Source: Staphylococcus phage vB_Sau_P68. From it: 64,000 nucleotides of DNA. The notes under the pieces were generated by a model. It was not told the origin of the DNA and did no database searches. It saw only the letters and a program-made list of their open reading frames with translations. The stretch lies in the sequence record OL741057.1; one strand, 5' to 3'. Below, one piece after another: positions 58,696 through 64,000 of the stretch. Position numbers and translations under genes: made by a program. Positions within the stretch are counted from its first letter, which is position 1; every line of letters begins with the position of its first letter.

Positions 58696-59320
58696 GGTAA
58701 ATAAAATTAAAGATAAAGTAATATATATGGGTGGTCATATTTTAAATGACGCAATGGTAGACTACAGAGATAAACAACATAAGCAAGTAGAAGGTATTAT
58801 AGGAGTCACTCCTTATAGTCCTCATAAAGATAAATCAATTAATGATAAGGCTAATGCAGAACAAACTGGTTTAGCTGAACGTATTTTAAACAATGACTTT
58901 AAAGCTATGCAAGAGTCAGATATCTTTGTGTTTGATATTCTTAACGAAGGATTAGGAACAATTGCAGAACTTGGTATTTTACTAGGTATGAAACATCAAG
59001 CAGAAGAAACAATTAACCATATATATGATAATGGAGAAGGATACTTTAATTATATGTCAAATAGATTTGAAACTTCATTAAGTGTTGAAGAGGAATTAAT
59101 AGTAGACAAACTAGAAAATATTGTAAATAAACCTGTTTTAATTTATTGCTCAGATATTCGTCAAGGTCATGGGAAAGGTTATAACGACCCTGATAGAGCT
59201 GAATTTAGTACAAATCAATTTGTCTATGGTATGGTTCTGTCATTAACCAATGGAGAAGGTTTCATTTCATGGGAAGAAGTTTTAAAAAGATTAGAGAAAT
59301 TAGGAGAACAAGATGGATAA
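58694..59320 (+). CDS. nucleoside 2-deoxyribosyltransferase-like protein (208 aa)
   Basis: Size and layout resemble the Ndt family encoded by K-like phages. Weak motif support only. Confidence 0.45.
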   Translation: MVNKIKDKVIYMGGHILNDAMVDYRDKQHKQVEGIIGVTPYSPHKDKSINDKANAEQTGLAERILNNDFKAMQESDIFVFDILNEGLGTIAELGILLGMKHQAEETINHIYDNGEGYFNYMSNRFETSLSVEEELIVDKLENIVNKPVLIYCSDIRQGHGKGYNDPDRAEFSTNQFVYGMVLSLTNGEGFISWEEVLKRLEKLGEQDG

Positions 59321-59891
59321 TTTATCACATTACTTGAGTATATTATATGCTATATTAGTTACAGTAGGTTATATACCAGGTCTAATAGCTTTAGTTAAAT
59401 CGGATAGTGTTAAAGGAGTTAGTAGTTATTTTTGGTATTTAATTGTAGCTACAGTAGGTATTAGTTTTTACAATTTACTATTAACTGATGCTTCAATGTT
59501 TCAAGTAGTATCAGTTGGTCTTAATTTAACCCTAGGTATTGTTTGCTTATTAGTAGCTTCATATAGAAAAAAGGATTATTTCTCTATACCTTTTATTATT
59601 GTGTTCTCGTTGTTACTATTTTTATTAAGTGACTTTACAGCTTTAACACAAACTATAGCAACTATTACTATTATCCTTGCGTATGTAACTCAGATAACAA
59701 CATTCTATAAAGCTAAAAGTGCAGAAGGGACAAACAGATTTCTATTCCTTATTATTGGATTAGGATTAGCTTCGTTGATAGTAAGTATGGTTTTATCACA
59801 TACCTATGTTCATATTATAGCTACTGAATTTGTAAACTTTGTTCTTATACTTATATGTTATCTACAGGCTAATTATTACTCAAGGAGGTAG
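59313..59891 (+). CDS. polytopic membrane protein (192 aa, ~6 TM), possibly PnuC-like nucleoside/NMN transporter
   Basis: Six hydrophobic helices. Overlaps the upstream gene (ATGGATAA). Confidence 0.45.
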   Translation: MDNLSHYLSILYAILVTVGYIPGLIALVKSDSVKGVSSYFWYLIVATVGISFYNLLLTDASMFQVVSVGLNLTLGIVCLLVASYRKKDYFSIPFIIVFSLLLFLLSDFTALTQTIATITIILAYVTQITTFYKAKSAEGTNRFLFLIIGLGLASLIVSMVLSHTYVHIIATEFVNFVLILICYLQANYYSRR

Positions 59892-59897
59892 GTAATA

Positions 59898-60071
59898 TTG
59901 AATGACCTTATTAAAAAGGGAAATAAGTATTACCATAAAGTAAGAGCAGGGGAGACATTATGGACTATAAGTAAGAACTATGATGTAGATATTAAGAAAT
60001 TGCAAGAATTAAATAATATTAAATCGGTATCATTAACTAGCTTAGAGTACGTACTTGTTTGTGTAGAATAG
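59898..60071 (+). CDS. small LysM-domain protein (57 aa, TTG start)
   Basis: RBS AAGGAGGT 8 nt upstream of the TTG start. YHKVRAGETLWTISKNYDVDIKKLQELNNI fits the LysM pattern. Confidence 0.4.
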   Translation: MNDLIKKGNKYYHKVRAGETLWTISKNYDVDIKKLQELNNIKSVSLTSLEYVLVCVE

Positions 60072-60087
60072 ACCAGGAGGTTATCAA

Positions 60088-60351
60088 ATGAGCATAGAAA
60101 AGAAAGAAGAAGTTATAGCACATAATGAGGTAGTATTCAGGAGTTTAACACAAGGTCTATATGTAAAAGAAGTAGATATCTACTCAGATGTCGTAAGCTA
60201 TACTAAAGACGTTGATGAAGCTCTTGCTATGCCAAATACTATCAATTTTAAAAATTCAAGAAAGTATGAAAAACTTATTCGAAATTTAGATTTAAAACCT
60301 CTAAATAAAATTCAAAAAGTTATATACGAAACTCATTTAGAAGAACTTTAA
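60088..60351 (+). CDS. hypothetical protein (87 aa)
   Basis: RBS CAGGAGG. Confidence 0.45.
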   Translation: MSIEKKEEVIAHNEVVFRSLTQGLYVKEVDIYSDVVSYTKDVDEALAMPNTINFKNSRKYEKLIRNLDLKPLNKIQKVIYETHLEEL

Positions 60352-60367
60352 AAAGTTCTTCTTTTTT
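60340..60367 (+). terminator. rho-independent terminator directly abutting the next promoter
   Basis: GAAGAACTT-TAAA-AAGTTCTTC plus TTTTTT, then TTGACA at 60369. Confidence 0.65.
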
Positions 60368-60368
60368 G

Positions 60369-60397
60369 TTGACAAATATTAACTACTATGGTATAAT
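60369..60397 (+). promoter_or_regulatory. sigma-A type promoter (TTGACA-17-TATAAT)
   Basis: Perfect consensus hexamers. Confidence 0.65.
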
Positions 60398-60427
60398 TAG
60401 TACATAATAAATAAGGAGGTTGTATAA

Positions 60428-60589
60428 ATGGTCAAACCAGTTATAACTTTAGAACCTGAAGAAGTTAGAATATTAATAGAGTATTTAAGCCATTTTGAAC
60501 AGGACTTACGTAAGTATAAAGATATGGAAAAAATATATGAGGAATTACACAAAAAGTATCAACTTGCTAAAGGAAACTATTCAGATTAA
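60428..60589 (+). CDS. small hypothetical protein (53 aa)
   Basis: RBS AAGGAGGT. Under 60 aa. Confidence 0.35.
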   Translation: MVKPVITLEPEEVRILIEYLSHFEQDLRKYKDMEKIYEELHKKYQLAKGNYSD

Positions 60590-60618
60590 TTGACAAATGT
60601 ATAACAATATGATATAAT
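60590..60618 (+). promoter_or_regulatory. sigma-A type promoter (TTGACA-17-TATAAT)
   Basis: Perfect consensus hexamers. Confidence 0.65.
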
Positions 60619-60632
60619 AAAGGAAGTTAGAA

Positions 60633-60821
60633 ATGGAAAAATTCCAAGAAGATTATGTTAATATAGATGTCAGAGTGAAAGCTTATGTTCGTGTAGGTTA
60701 TCGGTATGAAGAAGATATTACTAATAACCTACATGAATTAGTCGAAGATAACTTAAATGTAACAAGTGACTCTGATAAACTAATTATCAAAGATACAGAA
60801 ATTAAAGGAGATATAGAATGA
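60633..60821 (+). CDS. small hypothetical protein (62 aa)
   Basis: ORF with RBS. Overlaps the dUTPase start. Confidence 0.4.
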   Translation: MEKFQEDYVNIDVRVKAYVRVGYRYEEDITNNLHELVEDNLNVTSDSDKLIIKDTEIKGDIE

Positions 60822-61243
60822 ATAAATTAAAAGTAAAGTTACTACACAAAGATGCTGTAATACCAAATAGAGCTAATCCTAAAGATAGTGGAGCTGACTT
60901 ATATGCAATTGAGGATATGACAATCCCACCTAACAGTACTGTGTTAGTTCCTACAGGAATAGCTGTTTACTTAGAAGAAGGGTATGAAGCACAAGTAAGA
61001 CCTAAGTCAGGTATCTCAGCTAAGACACCTAAAAGGGTTGTCCTAGGAACAGTTGATACTATTTACCATCAAGAAGTTAAAGTTATTGTTGATAATATAT
61101 CGGATAAACCTCAGTTTATTGAAAAGGGTAAAAAGATAGCTCAATTAGTAGTAGCACCTGTGGCTTATCCTGAAATTGAGGTTGTAGAAACGTTTGAAAA
61201 TGAAAGCACTAGAGGCGGGTTTGGTTCGACAGGTTTAGACTAA
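60818..61243 (+). CDS. dut: dUTP diphosphatase (dUTPase), 141 aa
   Basis: Carries the dUTPase motifs SGADLYA, RPKSGIS, GTVDTIYHQEVKV and RGGFGSTG. Confidence 0.75.
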   Translation: MNKLKVKLLHKDAVIPNRANPKDSGADLYAIEDMTIPPNSTVLVPTGIAVYLEEGYEAQVRPKSGISAKTPKRVVLGTVDTIYHQEVKVIVDNISDKPQFIEKGKKIAQLVVAPVAYPEIEVVETFENESTRGGFGSTGLD

Positions 61244-61305
61244 GGAAAACTGTTATATTATGAGGTGTACTTAGACAGTACACTTCCATAATATCTTTCC
61301 TTTTT

Positions 61306-61339
61306 CACCTTGCTTGTAACCAGGCAGGGTGTTTTTTTT
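61306..61339 (+). terminator. rho-independent terminator after dut
   Basis: CACCTTGC-N10-GCAGGGTG followed by TTTTTTTT. Confidence 0.6.
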
Positions 61340-61361
61340 ATATAATTTAGGAGGGTATTAA

Positions 61362-61778
61362 ATGAATGCAAAAGAATTTATGAAAACACAAGCTAAAGTA
61401 GAAGATTATCTAGATAAATTAAAAATAACAATTATAGAAGATGCGTTATCAGTATCAAAAGAATGGTCTAATGACTCTAATGATTTGGATTATGCTTTAT
61501 CTAGTCTTGGGGAAAGTATAGGTCTTTTAGAAGACTACTACGGTATACAAGTAGATGCACATTTACCTGAGCACTATAAAGGTAGTAAGGATGTTATTTC
61601 CTTCTTAGAGGAGCACTTTTCTTATGACGGTTTTGTTGATTCTATGATATTTAATATTGTAAAATATACTACAAGACTAGGAAGAAAAGATGCAGTAGAC
61701 AAAGAAGTTCAAAAGATTAAAACATATTATGTAAGACTAGAAAGAAACATAAAGTACGGAGATAGTACTCGTGTCTAA
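61362..61778 (+). CDS. hypothetical protein (138 aa)
   Basis: RBS AGGAGGG. Confidence 0.5.
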   Translation: MNAKEFMKTQAKVEDYLDKLKITIIEDALSVSKEWSNDSNDLDYALSSLGESIGLLEDYYGIQVDAHLPEHYKGSKDVISFLEEHFSYDGFVDSMIFNIVKYTTRLGRKDAVDKEVQKIKTYYVRLERNIKYGDSTRV

Positions 61779-62097
61779 AAGAACAGACAATTTTATATAT
61801 TTCTGTAAATACTACTTTTCAAAGTATTTACCGTCATTAGGTATAGAAGTTCTTAATCATAATGAAACTTACCATGGAACAATGGAAGGTGTTAAAAAAT
61901 ATTATATAGCAAACATCCTTTATGAAGGTCAAGAACTTACAGTAACTATTGATTTAGATGAATTAAATAATGCAACTTCTATGCATAATATGCTAGAAAT
62001 AGTGAATAACCATACATATAATTGTATGTTTATGTATGATATGGATACACACGGAAGTAAAGATATTGACGATTTTTTTAAGTTAATGTATTTTTAA
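61771..62097 (+). CDS. hypothetical protein (108 aa)
   Basis: Overlaps the upstream gene by 8 nt. Confidence 0.5.
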   Translation: MSKRTDNFIYFCKYYFSKYLPSLGIEVLNHNETYHGTMEGVKKYYIANILYEGQELTVTIDLDELNNATSMHNMLEIVNNHTYNCMFMYDMDTHGSKDIDDFFKLMYF

Positions 62098-62188
62098 AAA
62101 AAAGTGTTGACAATTACCTTACCCTATGTTAAGTTATAGGAGTAAGGTATTTTTTTATTAGCAACTAAAAAAAAGTTTTAGAAAGTTG

Positions 62189-62217
62189 TTGACAAATGCA
62201 AATACTTGTAATATAAT
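62189..62217 (+). promoter_or_regulatory. sigma-A type promoter (TTGACA-17-TATAAT)
   Basis: Perfect consensus hexamers. Confidence 0.65.
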
Positions 62218-62250
62218 AAATATATAACAAATCAAAGGAGAATGATAAAT

Positions 62251-63381
62251 ATGGCAAAGCAAGATACTATTGAAAGATTAGAGAGATTGGTAGAACAACA
62301 AATGGAGACAACGAAAGACTTAGCAGATAAACTAGGAGAGAAGAACTCTAACCCTTACGAACAAGCAATCGTAGATGCAATTGTTGAGAAAGCAGGAACT
62401 GAGAGTAGAGAGTTCATTATTACTGATGTTAAAAAACAAATTGAAGAATATGTAGAGGAACAGCTTAATAACTTACCAGTTAAGATTGAATTACAACAAG
62501 AAGGAAAAACAATTAAGGATATCTCAGGAATATTCCATTACAGATACCAAGATATATTAAAACTAGTTAATCAGAACATTCCAGTGTTTTTAAAAGGTGG
62601 AGCAGGTTCAGGTAAGAACCACGTATTAGAGCAAGTAGCAGAAGCATTAGACTTAGACTTTTATTTCAGTAACGCAATAACTCAAGAGTTTAAATTAACA
62701 GGTTTTATTGATGCAAATGGTAAATTCCATGAAACACAATTTTACAAAGCATTTACAAATGGTGGGTTATTCTTCTTAGATGAGATGGATGCATCTATCC
62801 CTGAGGTATTATTAATTCTTAACTCAGCTATTGCAAATAAATACTTTGACTTCCCAACTGGTCGTGTGACAGCACATGAAGACTTTAGAGTAGTATCAGC
62901 AGGTAACACTATGGGAACTGGAGCAGACCACATTTACGTTGGTAGACAGCAACTAGATGGGGCTACATTAGACCGATTTGCTCAAGTTGAATTTGATTAT
63001 GATAATAAAGTAGAACACCAACTATCAAGTAATGAAGACTTAGTAAACTTTGTACAAAAATTAAGATATGAAAATGATGAAAAAGGATTACCTTATGTCT
63101 TTTCAATGCGTGCAATTATTAATGGAAGTAAATTAGATGGGGTAATGGATGACGAGTTTGTTGTAGAAAGTATCATCTTCAAATCTGTACCAAAAGATGA
63201 GATTAATCAATTTATTAATTCTTTACCTGAAGATAATAGATACACAGAAGCAACAAAAAATCTTTTAGGTATTAAACAAGAACCTAAACAAGAGCCTAAA
63301 CAAGAACCAAGAAAAACTCAAAGTTCATCTAGTGATTCAATGGACTTTAACACTATTATGGATAAACTAGGATTAGAATAG
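62251..63381 (+). CDS. AAA-family ATPase (MoxR/CbbQ-like), ~376 aa
   Basis: Walker A GGAGSGKN, Walker B LFFLDEMD. Start chosen at ATG 62251 (MAKQ), 9 nt after the AAAGGAG RBS, rather than the ORF-track start at 62242. Confidence 0.7.
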   Translation: MAKQDTIERLERLVEQQMETTKDLADKLGEKNSNPYEQAIVDAIVEKAGTESREFIITDVKKQIEEYVEEQLNNLPVKIELQQEGKTIKDISGIFHYRYQDILKLVNQNIPVFLKGGAGSGKNHVLEQVAEALDLDFYFSNAITQEFKLTGFIDANGKFHETQFYKAFTNGGLFFLDEMDASIPEVLLILNSAIANKYFDFPTGRVTAHEDFRVVSAGNTMGTGADHIYVGRQQLDGATLDRFAQVEFDYDNKVEHQLSSNEDLVNFVQKLRYENDEKGLPYVFSMRAIINGSKLDGVMDDEFVVESIIFKSVPKDEINQFINSLPEDNRYTEATKNLLGIKQEPKQEPKQEPRKTQSSSSDSMDFNTIMDKLGLE

Positions 63382-63392
63382 GAGGAAAAACA

Positions 63393-64000
63393 ATGGGTAG
63401 ACGATTAATAGATAACTCAAAATTAAATGTAATTAAATATGATGGTCTACCTGATTTCTTTTCTACTTTAAAAAAGAATAGAGTTTCAGGTAGAGACAAC
63501 GCATCAGATACAGGTAGCTACGACTTCACAGGCACTCACAGCTTTAATGAAGCATATAACTTAATGGTTAAAGGGGATAGAGAGTCTTATGACATGGTTG
63601 TTAAACTTAAAAAGATGACAGATGCATTATTCAGAATGGATAAATCTGTAAAAAGAAAACCGGTTATAGCTCCTGAAGGTTATCAACCTCACGTACCTAA
63701 TGCTATAAAAGGTTTACCTAACTCTATGATGTCTCAACAAAGAGTTAAGGCAGAGAAGAAAGTCATTGATGTGTTCTATAATTCTAGTATAAGTTGGATG
63801 GAAGACCCTGAGAACCTTGCTTATAGAGGAGCTATAATGTTAAGTGCTATCCAAACATTAGAAACAAAAGGGTATAGTATAAATCTATACTTAGGTAAAC
63901 TGTCAAACTCAAGTCGTACTGGTAAACTTACTGGGTTTGTTGTTAACATAAAACATTCTTATCAAAGATTAAATGTTTTTAAATCATCGTTTTATTTAGT
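63393..64000 (+). CDS. hypothetical protein, 5' part (runs off the window end)
   Basis: ATG at 63393 with RBS AGGAGGAAAAACA. Open frame with no stop to the window edge. Confidence 0.5.
   Translation, partial: MGRRLIDNSKLNVIKYDGLPDFFSTLKKNRVSGRDNASDTGSYDFTGTHSFNEAYNLMVKGDRESYDMVVKLKKMTDALFRMDKSVKRKPVIAPEGYQPHVPNAIKGLPNSMMSQQRVKAEKKVIDVFYNSSISWMEDPENLAYRGAIMLSAIQTLETKGYSINLYLGKLSNSSRTGKLTGFVVNIKHSYQRLNVFKSSFYL

Noticed and set aside
62106-62160. Promoter TTGACA-17-TAAGTT at 62106
   Set aside because: Weak -10. The TTGACA is part of a long terminator stem-loop (ACCTTAC…GTAAGGT + T-run). The consensus promoter at 62189 is the likely start for the ATPase gene.

Overview
The window looks like a contiguous piece of a virulent Staphylococcus myophage of the phage K / Twort type (Herelleviridae, Kayvirus-like). 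Basis: the recognisable phage K lysis proteins and the gene order; no search was run.

Positions 1-43.9 kb are transcribed on the minus strand and carry the morphogenesis module in canonical order: probable small terminase, large terminase, portal, prohead protease, scaffold, major capsid protein, tail sheath and tail tube. These are followed by tail assembly chaperones, a 1354-aa tape measure protein with a lytic transglycosylase domain, a tail-associated CHAP lysin, a baseplate block (J-like, LysM-containing and wedge proteins), a long adsorption tail protein and the start of a receptor-binding protein. Positions 44-64 kb are transcribed on the plus strand from many consensus TTGACA-17-TATAAT promoters. 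They carry small early genes, one tRNA-Asp, the holin, and a LysK-type CHAP/amidase/SH3b endolysin split by a group I intron that contains an HNH endonuclease. Further downstream are AP2-HNH and PD-(D/E)XK endonuclease paralogues, an SPFH protein, a secreted transglycosylase-like protein, an XRE regulator, RNase H, PhoH, nucleoside deoxyribosyltransferase, dUTPase and an AAA ATPase.

The most interesting observation is that the tail tube gene appears to be interrupted by an ORF-less 333-nt group I intron with canonical P, Q, R and S core elements. This intron is followed, right after an apparent TAG stop, by a second group I ribozyme core related to the lysK intron, and then by a free-standing 431-aa homing-endonuclease-like gene. 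The arrangement resembles the multiply interrupted orf142 of phage Twort and suggests collaborative homing.

Other points of note are a promoter-plus-terminator bounded small RNA candidate, a roughly 900-bp ORF-free transcribed region upstream of the tRNA, 48-bp direct repeats with palindromic boxes, terminator hairpins that embed the -35 box of the next promoter, and an AP2-HNH gene with an in-frame TGA at a conserved Trp codon.
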